Assembly (NCBI GenBank): GCA_965222155.1
Contig: CBDCTH010000012.1
Span: 832,001 to 896,000, forward strand
Direction: 5' to 3'
DNA from: Gammaproteobacteria bacterium
GTDB taxonomy: Bacteria; Pseudomonadota; Gammaproteobacteria; Eutrophobiales; Eutrophobiaceae
Length of the DNA: 64,000 nucleotides
Every line of letters begins with the position of its first letter. The stretch's first letter is position 1. Positions 47,858 through 57,637 of this stretch are shown here, piece after piece. The translations under genes were made by a program, and so were the position numbers. The notes under the pieces are model-generated. The model did not search any database, had not been told where the DNA came from, and worked only from the letters and a program-made list of their open reading frames with translations.

Positions 47858-49012
47858 ATGACTGATTATATAAACCGTTTTCGACCCAGCCAGGCAGAGA
47901 TTGAGCGGCGTTACGCCAATGTGCGCGCGGCCATGGCAAAAGAAGGACTGGATGCGTTGGTGGTGAGCGGCAGCGAGTACACGGGGTTTGAGGGCGCAGT
48001 GCGTTATATGTGCGGGTTCGTGATCCTGCACCGCTACGCCTACGTGGTCATCCCCGCCGCCGGCGATCCCGTCTGTGTATTCCCCCGGGAAGCGACCTGG
48101 GTGGGGGACCATTCGGCCACCTTTATAGAGAAACGCGAATTCCCCGCCCATTGCGGTGAGTGGATAGCGGATTATTTGCAGGGTAAAGGAGTCAAAAAGC
48201 TGGGCATCTACGGTTTGCAGTACATTATCAACGTGCGTGATTATTCCGCCCTGGCGGCAAAGGACTTTGAGGTTATCGACTTTGAAATCCAGTTCGACTA
48301 TGCCCGTGCGCAGAAGAGCGAAGAGGAAATCGCCTCCGTGCGTCATTCCATGGAGATCAACAAGCAGGGAGTGCTTGATGTGTTCCGGGGCTACGAGCCG
48401 GGCAAAACGGAAGCGGAACTGATGGGTATCGCCGAGAATACCTTTGCCTCGGCCGGCTGCGCCAGGAATACCATGGACATGATCCAGATGGGGCCGAACG
48501 GTTCACTGGAGCCGCAGATGGTGTTCCCCACGAATCGTCCGGTACAGGACAGCGACGGCCTGATGTACGGCCTGGAGATCTCAGGTGAGGGCGGCCACTG
48601 GGTCGAGTTCTCCCGTCCGATGTTCCCCGCAGGCATGGATGATATCACCAGGGAAATGATGACGGCCTACCAGGAGTTCCATGAACTGGCGAAAGTGCAC
48701 ATGAAGGCCGGCAACACCGCCGAGGCAGCCAGCAACGCCTGCATGAAACCAATATTCGACCGCGGCTATCGCTCCGGCCACGTCTGCGGCCACTCCATCG
48801 GCATGACCATGATCGAGATGCCTAGAATAGGCGAAGGCTTCAACTTCGTCCTGCCGGAAAACATGGTCTGCTCCATGCACCCCCACTTCATGAACCAGGA
48901 ACGCACCCACTCGCTGTACTTCCAGGAAACCTACCGCGTAGGCAAGGACGGCGGCGAACCCATATCCGGAGTGCCGATCAAGGCCTACCAGGGAGGCGAG
49001 GAGTCTTTTTAA
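47858..49012 (+). CDS. M24 (Xaa-Pro peptidase/creatinase fold) protein
   Basis: Creatinase-N-like start, RAQKSEEEI, GHSIG; non-canonical metal ligands (SMHP, FQET). Confidence 0.85.
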   Translation: MTDYINRFRPSQAEIERRYANVRAAMAKEGLDALVVSGSEYTGFEGAVRYMCGFVILHRYAYVVIPAAGDPVCVFPREATWVGDHSATFIEKREFPAHCGEWIADYLQGKGVKKLGIYGLQYIINVRDYSALAAKDFEVIDFEIQFDYARAQKSEEEIASVRHSMEINKQGVLDVFRGYEPGKTEAELMGIAENTFASAGCARNTMDMIQMGPNGSLEPQMVFPTNRPVQDSDGLMYGLEISGEGGHWVEFSRPMFPAGMDDITREMMTAYQEFHELAKVHMKAGNTAEAASNACMKPIFDRGYRSGHVCGHSIGMTMIEMPRIGEGFNFVLPENMVCSMHPHFMNQERTHSLYFQETYRVGKDGGEPISGVPIKAYQGGEESF

Positions 49013-49058
49013 TCAGGCGAAAATCCAGGACGGAAATTCAGGGGGGAAATTCAGAGGA

Positions 49059-49153
49059 AATTCAGGACACCCATAAATTGTGGCTAATCAATGGGTGTCC
49101 TGAATTACTTTCCCATAAATTGTGGCTAATCAATGGGTGTCCTGAATTACTTT
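49059..49153. repeat. AATTCAGGACACCCAT inverted repeat with 42-bp tandem duplication
   Basis: IR 49059-49106; duplication 49070-49111/49112-49153; GGAAATTCAG repeated upstream. Confidence 0.8.
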
Positions 49154-49254
49154 TTCTTGTCTGATTACGCACTGATAATCCAAATATCACGAGAATCGAA
49201 TTCAAAAGTACGAATTATATTGATTTTCGTACTAAGTATTGCTATTCTTGCATC

Positions 49255-49459
49255 ATGGACGGAAAGGAATTCATCTGGTGCGTCAAGCGTTATGCAAGGA
49301 AGACAGGGCAAAAATGTCGTTACGACCCCAGACATGGTAAAGGAAGTCACGGTCGTCTTCATTTGGGCAACCGGCTTACGACTGTTCCGCGCAAAGAGTG
49401 GCAAAGGTCTTTTAGCGGCGATGTTGAAAGACCTTAATATCGATAAAGAGGATTTCTGA
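49255..49459 (+). pseudogene. hicA: Frameshifted HicA toxin
   Basis: GKGSH...TTVPRKE in one frame, GKGLLAAMLKDLNI in another; abuts hicB. Confidence 0.8.
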
Positions 49460-49944
49460 TGTACTACGTTTATCCATGTGTTTTGACCCCGGAGGAAGGT
49501 GGCGGTTTCTACGTAACCTTCCCGGATGTGCCGGGGGCGCTTACCGGCGGCAAGGACCGGGGCGAGGCGCTGGCAATGGCTGAGGATGCATTGACGGCCG
49601 CGCTAGCAGGATATGTTCAAGAGCATTGGGACATTCCGGTACCGAGTGCGGCGGTGGACGGCCAGGAGCTTATTGCCGTTTCACCTGTCGTGGCTGCTAA
49701 ATTGGCACTTTACACGGCTATGCGCCGCCAAGGCATTACGAAAACCGCCTTGGCAAAACGTCTTGGTCTGAGCGAGTCTGCGGTCCGAAAGCTGGTCGAC
49801 CCCGATCATCGCTCTCATATCAGCGGCGTAGAGGCAGCATTACGGGCTGTGGGCAGAGGTCTTGTAATTGGGGACAGAATTTATTTGGAATCTGTTCCTC
49901 AGGAACGGTTATTCAGCCTGAAAACCGGCAGCCACAGCCACTGA
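49459..49944 (+). CDS. hicB: HicB antitoxin with C-terminal HTH
   Basis: YPCVL..EEGGGFYVTFPDVPGALT...EALAMAEDAL; KTALAKRLGLSESAVRKL. Confidence 0.9.
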   Translation: MYYVYPCVLTPEEGGGFYVTFPDVPGALTGGKDRGEALAMAEDALTAALAGYVQEHWDIPVPSAAVDGQELIAVSPVVAAKLALYTAMRRQGITKTALAKRLGLSESAVRKLVDPDHRSHISGVEAALRAVGRGLVIGDRIYLESVPQERLFSLKTGSHSH

Positions 49945-49979
49945 AGTTCAGTGCTTGATTACTGTATAATATTCTATCC

Positions 49980-50237
49980 ATGAACGTGAATGACATAAAA
50001 GAATACGCCCAGCGGGATTGGGCAAAGATTTCCGGGTTGGATCAAATCCATTGGAAGGAAAAATATCTGGGTCATGGCCCTGAAGCCGGTTGGCAGGCGT
50101 CTGCCGCGCTTCGGCAGCATATCAAATCCATTTGCCCGGAATGGCCGGATGCTTCACAGCGTGATGCAGATTTTCAACACCACGTACGCTTCAAACAACT
50201 CCTGGACCGGACCGCGCGTGGCCTCATACCTGGCTGA
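49980..50237 (+). CDS. Hypothetical small protein (putative antitoxin partner)
   Basis: 85 aa, TATAAT just upstream, overlaps the following nucleotidyltransferase gene. Confidence 0.6.
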   Translation: MNVNDIKEYAQRDWAKISGLDQIHWKEKYLGHGPEAGWQASAALRQHIKSICPEWPDASQRDADFQHHVRFKQLLDRTARGLIPG

Positions 50238-50793
50238 TTTATTCTCCTCCCTGGCTATAGTCTTTAATAAGGCGTCATTGCGCTGGTATGTATTTGGCGC
50301 GCAAGCGGCAATATTCTACGGTTCTGTACGACTGACTGCTGACGTGGACGTGACGGTTTTGCCGGGTGATTATCCGCTTGATGACCTGTTGGGTTTATTA
50401 CAGGAAGAAGGTTTTGAGGTTCGCACGTCAGATGTTCATTCTTTGGTTCAGCAAACAAGAGTATTGCCGGTGGTACATACACAATCCAATATGCCCGTTG
50501 ATATCATCATCGGCGGCCCGGGATTGGAAGAACAATTTGCAGCTCATGCCCGGCCTTATGAGTTGGACGGTGTTAGTGTCCCGGTAGTGAGAAGTGAAGA
50601 TCTGGTTGCAATGAAGATCCTTGCAGGTCGGTATAAGGATTTACAGGATGTATTGTCGATCTTGAAATCGCAATCTGCGGGGATGAATATCAATGATATT
50701 CGGGCAACGCTGAAGACCCTGGAGGCGGCTTTGGACAGGAGCGATCTTATTTCTGTTCTGGACAGTCTTATCGCTCAAGCAACGAATTACTAA
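50218..50793 (+). CDS. Pol-beta-fold nucleotidyltransferase (AbiEii/DUF6036-like)
   Basis: FGAQA...RLTADVD...EDLVAMKILAGRYKDLQD; probable GTG start at 50218. Confidence 0.8.
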   Translation: MASYLADLFSSLAIVFNKASLRWYVFGAQAAIFYGSVRLTADVDVTVLPGDYPLDDLLGLLQEEGFEVRTSDVHSLVQQTRVLPVVHTQSNMPVDIIIGGPGLEEQFAAHARPYELDGVSVPVVRSEDLVAMKILAGRYKDLQDVLSILKSQSAGMNINDIRATLKTLEAALDRSDLISVLDSLIAQATNY

Positions 50794-50949
50794 AGGAGTA
50801 GTTTCCTCGGACAAATATTGATGATTCATAATAACCGAAGCCGGTTGGCGCTAATTCTGGTTAATTTTGTAGCGCACCACACTTCCCTGTTCAAGTATCG
50901 CCCGGGCCTGTAGCAATCAATTCCTGCATCCCCGCAATTATTTTGTCCC

Positions 50950-51014
50950 AAATGTGACTTTTCTCACATTTTTGCGCATTTTTTGCTTTTCAACTTGCCC
51001 CGACCGGGTAATAT
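50950..51014 (+). promoter_or_regulatory. Perfect CRP/FNR-family (CRP-type) box plus -10 element
   Basis: AAATGTGA-CTTTTC-TCACATTT at 50950-50971; TAATAT at 51009-51014; box centre is about -61.5 from a start near 51022. Confidence 0.7.
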
Positions 51015-51019
51015 CAGTA

Positions 51020-51380
51020 GCACGGTACGGAAACCGGGTGTGGCTGCTCCGAGTTAGTGGGAATAACGCCGGCGTGGTCGGTCGAACGGAATTCGAACCT
51101 TTTGTTCTTGTTTTGTGATGCTTCTATGCCTGAAGGCAGCCCGGTTTGAGTATCGCCGGGCCAGGGATCAGGGTCAGCCTGAGGGCGCCAACGGGGGGCG
51201 GTTTTCCATAGTCTGCTTCGCCGTCCCCCACTGGCAGGGGTTAAAGCGGGTAACCCTAATATCAGGTTCTGTTACCGAACTAATCACTCTGGCTACCTCT
51301 GTCAGCTGAGACTTCAATGCTACCGTGTGAACGCTAAGATTATGAATAAACCAGTGGAAACATTCAGCGTTAACCCGCAT
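51020..51380 (+). ncRNA. Candidate structured non-coding RNA or long cis-regulatory leader of unknown family
   Basis: Many nested helices with G-U pairs and loop-to-distal complementarities; no credible ORF; promoter upstream. Confidence 0.55.
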
Positions 51381-51392
51381 TTCTCAAGGAAT

Positions 51393-51824
51393 TCAATCTT
51401 CCAACGGATTTACATGAACAATCCCGCTGAAGCGGCGAAAGTCATAATCCGCGGAATATATTTCAGCGCCGTATTCAATAGCTAATGCAGCAAGATGTGC
51501 ATCCGACGTCAGGTTGCCCGCACTCCCTGTCGTACTCAGCAGGTTTCTGAAGATAGGCCAGTGACGCTCTCCGGGGCTTATCAGTTCGACCTGAGGTTGG
51601 TTCAGCCAGCCGTCAACATAAGCAATCGCATGAGTATAATGTAACGGTCTGGCCATGATCCCGGCACGAGTTGTTACACGGATAAACGCCAGGATCACGA
51701 TCCAGGCCAGCCCGAGTTCAATTGATCCCGAAAGCGCCCGTTCCAGCCACCTGTGCGCCCGTTTATGCTGATCAGCATCGCGGTTCACGGCGTATATCAG
51801 AAGATTCGCATCGATTAGGATCAC
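51393..51824 (-). CDS. vapC: VapC (PIN) toxin
   Basis: LIDANLLIYA...DAHLAALAIE...SADYDF. Confidence 0.92.
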   Translation of the reverse strand: MILIDANLLIYAVNRDADQHKRAHRWLERALSGSIELGLAWIVILAFIRVTTRAGIMARPLHYTHAIAYVDGWLNQPQVELISPGERHWPIFRNLLSTTGSAGNLTSDAHLAALAIEYGAEIYSADYDFRRFSGIVHVNPLED

Positions 51825-52090
51825 TTTTTCATTTCCAGTTTCCTGGCGACCTCTTCTTCTTCCAGGTAATCAGCGAGTTCCAGGGCCTTGGTTAAATTAT
51901 AAGCGCCTGCTACTTCCCCCATGGATACGGGTTTTAATCGGTAAGGTTTCGCGTTATCCATGATACGGTCTGAGAATAACCCGGCACGCAAAGTTTCATT
52001 TACAACCTGCTTGTAGCTTTTGCCACTACGGTGCGCAGCATCTTTCAGTGCTTTTGCAATTTTATCATCGATAGTGAGAGTCGTTCTCAT
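51821..52090 (-). CDS. vapB: VapB-type RHH antitoxin
   Basis: MRTTLTIDD...KQVVNETLRAGL; ATGA overlap with vapC. Confidence 0.88.
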   Translation of the reverse strand: MRTTLTIDDKIAKALKDAAHRSGKSYKQVVNETLRAGLFSDRIMDNAKPYRLKPVSMGEVAGAYNLTKALELADYLEEEEVARKLEMKK

Positions 52091-52350
52091 GGCATGACAT
52101 CATAGCATATATATAGATGACATCAAAACATCAATCAAAGGGGTCCAGGTGCCCCCGCTAACTCGAAGTCAATACAGTGATTCTTGCCGGATTCGAAGAC
52201 AGAGGGGACAGATTTAAATCTGTCCCCCAGGAGTCACGGGGCAAGGGAGGGCGTCTCGCCCTCTACGAGGGCAGGATGCCCAGTTAGCGGGAACTGCTGA
52301 AAGGGGTCAGACTCGATTGGTTTTCCAGACACCTTTGCATTGTTGTAAAA

Positions 52351-54168
52351 TCAATCGAGTCTGACCCCTTTGATTTTTTGGTGGGAGCGTATGACGGCAA
52401 GAAAGGTCTCGCCGTATTTTTCCAGTTTGCTCAAGCCTACGCCGCTGACCTGCAGCAGTTCTTCCGGGCTGGCGGGTAAGGTGTTTGCCATTTCTATCAA
52501 GGTTGAATCGTGGAATATCACATAGGGCGGCAGGCCCTGTTCAACGGCCAGCTGTTTGCGGTGGGCCTTGAGTTTTTCCAGCAGGTCGGGATCGTTGGCC
52601 TGTACAGGGGTTTTCTCATGTTGTTTTCTGGTAGGTTTTTTGATCCTGTCGTCCTTGCGCAAGAAAACCTGTGTCCCGCCTTGCAGCAAGGCTTTGCTCT
52701 GTTCGGTCAGTAGCAGGGAGCCGAAACCTTTCATATCAACGGTTAAAAACCGGCGTGCGATCAATTGCCGGAACACGGAGCGCCACTGCTGCATATCCAA
52801 TTCCTCGCCGATACCGAAGGTGCTGAGGCGCTGGTGGTTGAACTTTCTTACCTTGTCGTTTTCCTTTCCCAGCAACACGTCGATCAGGTGCCTGGCGCCA
52901 AAACGCTGGCCGCTGCGATAAACACAGGACAAAGCCTTGCGGGCGGCAGTAGTGCCGTCCCAGGTTACCACGGGATGCAGGCAGGCATCACAGTTACCAC
53001 ACTCGGCAGGGGATTCCTCCCCGAAGTATTGCAACAAGGCATGGCGGCGGCAACTGGTGATCTCGCACAGGCCCAGCATGGAATCGAGTTTATAGCGTTC
53101 GATCCGTTTATGGTTTTCATCCGCGTCCGACTGTTCCAGCATCAGCCGCAGTTTGACCACGTCCTCCAGGCCGTAGACCATCCAGGCGTCGGCCGCCTCA
53201 CCGTCTCGTCCGGCGCGCCCGGTTTCCTGATAATAAGCCTCGATACTCTTGGGCAGGTCCAGGTGGGCGACAAAACGCACATCCGGTTTGTCGATACCCA
53301 TACCGAAGGCAATGGTGGCAACAATAATGATCCCTTCCTCCTGCAGAAAGCGTTGCTGATGTCGGGAGCGCAGGCGCGCATCAAGCCCGGCATGGTAGGG
53401 CAGAGCCGTGCAGCCCTGCTTGTTCAACCAGTCGGCAATGGCCTCGGTTTTTTTGCGCGACAGGCAATAGACGATCCCGGCGTCTCCCTGGTGTTCCGTC
53501 TCCAGAAAATGCAGCAACTGCCGGCGTTCCTCCAGCTTGGTGGTGATCCGGTAGCGGATATTCGGGCGATTAAAACCGCTGGTAAACACCCTGGCGCGCC
53601 GCAGGCCCAGGCGTTCCCGGATCTCAGCGCGGGTCCGTTCATCCGCCGTCGCCGTCAGGGCGATACGTGGAATCGACGGAAAGCGCTGGTGCAGCTGCTC
53701 CAGGGCCAGGTAGTCTTTGCGGAAATCATGCCCCCATTGCGAGACGCAGTGGGCCTCATCGATTGCGAACAGGGCAACCTGTGCCCGTTCCAGCAATGCC
53801 AGGGTGCGTTCCTGTAACAGACGCTCCGGGGCGATATAGAGCAGGTCCATCTCATTATTCAGCAAAGCCTGTTCCGTTTCCCTGGCTGTTTGTACCGGCA
53901 GGGTCGAATTCAGATAGGTGGCCTTGATACCGAGTTGCAGCAAGGCGCTGACCTGGTCCTGCATCAGGGCTATGAGAGGCGAGATGATGATGCCTGTACC
54001 GGGTCGAATCAGCGCCGGGATCTGGTAACACAGTGATTTGCCACCGCCGGTGGGCATGAGGACCAGGGCATCGTTCCCGGCGAGTATGGTGTTGATGATG
54101 TCCTGCTGGTCGCCGCGATAGTCCCGATAGCCGAAAGTATTGCGTAGAATTTCCATTGCCTGTTCCAT
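52351..54168 (-). CDS. recQ: ATP-dependent DNA helicase RecQ
   Basis: [38 protein letters not shown] and HRDC domains. Confidence 0.97.
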   Translation of the reverse strand: MEQAMEILRNTFGYRDYRGDQQDIINTILAGNDALVLMPTGGGKSLCYQIPALIRPGTGIIISPLIALMQDQVSALLQLGIKATYLNSTLPVQTARETEQALLNNEMDLLYIAPERLLQERTLALLERAQVALFAIDEAHCVSQWGHDFRKDYLALEQLHQRFPSIPRIALTATADERTRAEIRERLGLRRARVFTSGFNRPNIRYRITTKLEERRQLLHFLETEHQGDAGIVYCLSRKKTEAIADWLNKQGCTALPYHAGLDARLRSRHQQRFLQEEGIIIVATIAFGMGIDKPDVRFVAHLDLPKSIEAYYQETGRAGRDGEAADAWMVYGLEDVVKLRLMLEQSDADENHKRIERYKLDSMLGLCEITSCRRHALLQYFGEESPAECGNCDACLHPVVTWDGTTAARKALSCVYRSGQRFGARHLIDVLLGKENDKVRKFNHQRLSTFGIGEELDMQQWRSVFRQLIARRFLTVDMKGFGSLLLTEQSKALLQGGTQVFLRKDDRIKKPTRKQHEKTPVQANDPDLLEKLKAHRKQLAVEQGLPPYVIFHDSTLIEMANTLPASPEELLQVSGVGLSKLEKYGETFLAVIRSHQKIKGVRLD

Positions 54169-54241
54169 CTGCTGTTGCTCCTGTCAGCCCTGCACGCCGG
54201 ATACGGTGGACCCTCCGAATCAAAAGTATGCAGTAGCCCTG

Positions 54242-54538
54242 TTAATCTTTCAATATCTCCCGTGGGAATTTATCGGCAAACTCACCGTCGTCCACACGCA
54301 GCGCCGGTTCCACCAGGATTTTTCCGTTGATTGGACACCAGGGGCGTATATAGCGAAATACTGCCTCCGAGCTGTCCGCTTCAAAGGCCGCGATACCCCA
54401 GTGGGACGCAGCCTGGCCTTCGAAAATTACTTTCACCCCGCTGGAATTCTCCCCCCGGTTCTCCGAATGCCGCAATGTGCCTTTTGCCACCTCATTGATT
54501 TTTTCCGGCATGATTTCAAAATAACAGATAAATAACAT
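54242..54538 (-). CDS. Small hypothetical protein (DUF3303-like)
   Basis: AGGAG RBS; 98 aa ferredoxin-like pattern ending PW...VEP. Confidence 0.6.
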   Translation of the reverse strand: MLFICYFEIMPEKINEVAKGTLRHSENRGENSSGVKVIFEGQAASHWGIAAFEADSSEAVFRYIRPWCPINGKILVEPALRVDDGEFADKFPREILKD

Positions 54539-54620
54539 GGTATTGCTCCTGTTTGTCTTGCAGGTTATCGTCAGGCCACAACACCGATTCTATGTGGGAT
54601 TGACACGTTTACAAGCGCTA

Positions 54621-55904
54621 TTAACCCATTTCTTTATCTTCACGTCCGGGGTAAGGACCCAACAGGGCTATCAGTATTGTTCCAACTACGACAATACCGG
54701 CCACGATCCATAATGCGCCGATGTAATTACCGGCACTGTCGTAATACAGCCCCATCAGCGGTGCGCCGATCATGGAGCCCAGTTGAAACGCTGCAAACAT
54801 CAGGCCGTAGATGAGGCCGAACGCGCGCGGGCCGAAGTAGCGGCTGCATATATAAGCTATCTCACTGATTTCCGACCCTGTGGCCATGCCCACGCAGACG
54901 GCCGCGACAAACACCAGCGCACCCGCCGTCCCGGTAGCCAGGATGATGATGCCCGCCAATAAGCCCAGCAGAAAACAGGCGGCAACGTAAGGCGCAAAGA
55001 AATAATCCATCAGATATCCCGCCAGGACGCGCCCAAAGATAAGCCCCAGGGCGAGGGAACTCATACACAAGGCAGCGCCGGCAGGCGCCACGCCGCGGTC
55101 TATCAGCATGGGGACCAGGTGGGTGAGCACGCTGGTGATGCCGATGCCCACCAGCAGGAACGAGACCAGGATCAGCCAGAAGCTGTGGGTCTTTGCAGCA
55201 TGCGAGCATGACAGCCCAGCCACCGCTGCCGCAACCGGAGCGGGCTTATCATCAGTGCCCGTCTTTTCCATCGGATCGCCATCCGGCTTAAGCCCCATTT
55301 CTGCCGGGCTTTCTTTCAGGATGAATACTGCCATGGGCAAGGCCAGGGCGAAGATGGCCGCGGCAAAAGCGGCATAAGCCATACGCCAGCCGTGGTTTTC
55401 AATCATCATTTGCGCAATGACGGGCACCAGCATCGCACCGACGCCAAACCCGGCGAGGGAGATGCCCAGGGCGATACCCCGGCGCCGGGCGAACCAGGCA
55501 ATCAGCACCCGTGAGTAACTCTGGGGCAGGGTGCCCGCGCCCAGCAACGGGATCAGAAAATACAGCATATAGAAATGCCACAGGTTGGCGCTGAGCAAGG
55601 TCATGGAGGCGACGGTCAGACCCATCAGGATTACCGATGGGATCAATACCCGCCGGACGCCGAATTGATCGATGATGAGGCCGAGGCAGGGAGAGGCAAT
55701 GACCACCGCGAAATTGGTCATCGTGACGGCAAATGATAATTCACCCCGGCTCCAGCCGAATTCATCCTCCAGGGGTTTTACGAAGACACCGAAGGCAAAT
55801 ATCGTGAACATCGCATAGCTCAAACCCATGCCGACAAAACCGGTGGCGACGTTCCACCAGCCGTAGAAGATGCCGGTGCGTTCGTTACTCATCAAGTTTT
55901 TCAT
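54621..55904 (-). CDS. MFS transporter
   Basis: FYGWW start, GLIIDQFGVR motif A, ~12 TM segments; true start 55904 or 55892. Confidence 0.92.
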   Translation of the reverse strand: MKNLMSNERTGIFYGWWNVATGFVGMGLSYAMFTIFAFGVFVKPLEDEFGWSRGELSFAVTMTNFAVVIASPCLGLIIDQFGVRRVLIPSVILMGLTVASMTLLSANLWHFYMLYFLIPLLGAGTLPQSYSRVLIAWFARRRGIALGISLAGFGVGAMLVPVIAQMMIENHGWRMAYAAFAAAIFALALPMAVFILKESPAEMGLKPDGDPMEKTGTDDKPAPVAAAVAGLSCSHAAKTHSFWLILVSFLLVGIGITSVLTHLVPMLIDRGVAPAGAALCMSSLALGLIFGRVLAGYLMDYFFAPYVAACFLLGLLAGIIILATGTAGALVFVAAVCVGMATGSEISEIAYICSRYFGPRAFGLIYGLMFAAFQLGSMIGAPLMGLYYDSAGNYIGALWIVAGIVVVGTILIALLGPYPGREDKEMG

Positions 55905-55920
55905 ACTATAGCGCGGCGAC

Positions 55921-56288
55921 ATGCCGGAGCACGCCGTCATACCGGAGCACGTCGTCATGCCGGAGCACGCCGTCATACCGGAGCACACCGTCATACCGGG
56001 GCACACCGTCATACCGGAGCACACCGTCATACCGGAGCACACCGTCATACCGGAGCACACCGTCATACCGGAGCACGCCGTCATACCGGAGCATGCCGTC
56101 ATACCGGAGCACGCCGTCATACCGGAGCATGCCGTCATACCGGAGCACACCGTCATACCGGGGCACACCGTCATGCCGGAGCACACCGTCATACCGGAGC
56201 ACGCCGTCATACCGGAGCACGCCGTCATACCGGAGCACACCGTCATACCGGAGCACACCGTCATACCGGCGTATGCCGGTATCCAGGT
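55921..56288. repeat. 19 x 18-bp tandem array (CGTCATACCGGAGCAC[A/G]C) ending in a REP-like palindrome
   Basis: Counted via the IPEHxV units; terminal CGTCATACCGGCGTATGCCGGTATCCAG; a second REP copy at ~56424-56451. Confidence 0.92.
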
Positions 56289-56480
56289 AAATACAGTGCC
56301 GCCCCAGGCGGCTCATTTATTTCACTGGATTCTGGCACTGGATAACGCCATTCCAGCACAGGCATGCGCCAGAATGACGTCAGGGGAGCATAACGGATAA
56401 TCGTGCATTATGCCGGAGCACGCCGTCATACCGGCGTATGCCGGTATCCAGGTAAATAGAGTGCCGCCCCAAGCGGCTCA

Positions 56481-57413
56481 TTACAACTGTACTTCATCAG
56501 CGAGGATATAACCCGGATTTGCCGTGTCCTCCAGCGACCAGCCGCCCATCAGGTAATGATGCACGATGCGTATGGCCGACAGGCCGACGTGTTCTTCGAA
56601 ACCATCCAGGTCACCGAACCGATCTTTTAATTTGTTCATGACGTAACCCTGCATGGGTTCATAAGCCCAGATAGGGACAAACTCCACAAAAGCCTGCTGG
56701 CAGGCTTCCTGGACAGCCTCAATATAATCGCAGCCTCTGGTAAAACCCGCCCGGTCAGTGACAGCGTAACGTCCGGGAACAAACCTGTCCCAGTCCAACT
56801 CCAGGAAACCGCGCATAAACCTGACAAAATTGGCAAGGTGAATATCCGGCAACAGGCCATAGCGGGCATTGGCAAAGATGGTATCCGCCGAGAACAACAG
56901 TTTTTCCCCGGCAAACCAGGCAGCCAGGTTACCGGAACCGTGGGTCGGCCCCGGATTTAATAAAACCAGCTCAGCGCCATCCACCGTGATGTTATTTTCC
57001 GCACCGGAAATAACCCGGGTGGGCCGGCGTTGCCCTTCGGCCTGGCGCAACTTAATAACTTTTGCGCATATCACATCAGCTATGATTTCCGCATCCGGCG
57101 CCAGGTCAGCAGCAAAGCCGGCATGGTCCAGATGGTCATGAGAATAAATAACAGTACTGATATCCTTCCCGGGAATTGCCTCGCTGATCGCCCGGGCATA
57201 AGCCCGCGCCTTGCCAGGCGTGCCGAAAGTATCAAAAGCGATAACGCCTTCCCGTCCCTCAAGAAAAATAGTCCTGCACACCCCATCACTGATCGTCCAC
57301 AAGCGCTCCGATAACTGCTCAACCGCCATCTCCGGCTCAAAAGCCAGATACACCTGGGCGTTATCCGTAGTAAATAATCCCCTGTTTTCACTCATATTTC
57401 CCTCCCCCATCAT
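56481..57413 (-). CDS. MBL-fold metallohydrolase
   Basis: YSHDHLDH, PTHG, SAD, VPGR (last His replaced). Confidence 0.85.
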   Translation of the reverse strand: MMGEGNMSENRGLFTTDNAQVYLAFEPEMAVEQLSERLWTISDGVCRTIFLEGREGVIAFDTFGTPGKARAYARAISEAIPGKDISTVIYSHDHLDHAGFAADLAPDAEIIADVICAKVIKLRQAEGQRRPTRVISGAENNITVDGAELVLLNPGPTHGSGNLAAWFAGEKLLFSADTIFANARYGLLPDIHLANFVRFMRGFLELDWDRFVPGRYAVTDRAGFTRGCDYIEAVQEACQQAFVEFVPIWAYEPMQGYVMNKLKDRFGDLDGFEEHVGLSAIRIVHHYLMGGWSLEDTANPGYILADEVQL

Positions 57414-57456
57414 TCAGCCACAGAGAACACAGAGTTGGCGAATATTAATGTCTCCC

Positions 57457-57561
57457 GCAGGTTTGCATGTGCTTTTCAGGACTATCATCCGCAGGGACAG
57501 CGGATGGTAAGCGTACAGGGATGTATTCACAGCGTGTCCTGAAAAGCACATGCAAACCTGC
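57457..57561. repeat. 26-bp perfect inverted repeat element
   Basis: GCAGGTTTGCATGTGCTTTTCAGGAC ... GTCCTGAAAAGCACATGCAAACCTGC. Confidence 0.75.
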
Positions 57562-57637
57562 CACCCCAGTACATATTCACAGCGAATCTTGAAACGCTCG
57601 TCCAAACCTGTCTCCCTATTAATCCCCCGACACTACT

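Noticed and set aside
51070-51105. Minus-strand GGTTCGAATTCC...ACCA resembling a tRNA 3' half
   Set aside because: The T-stem does not pair and no acceptor, D or anticodon arms can be built
55921-56288. 18-bp array as a CRISPR array or as repeat proteins (GMTVCS, RYDGVL, IPEHTV ORFs)
   Set aside because: No unique spacers; ORFs are open in several frames only because the unit is a stop-free multiple of 3; the MFS protein starts after the array
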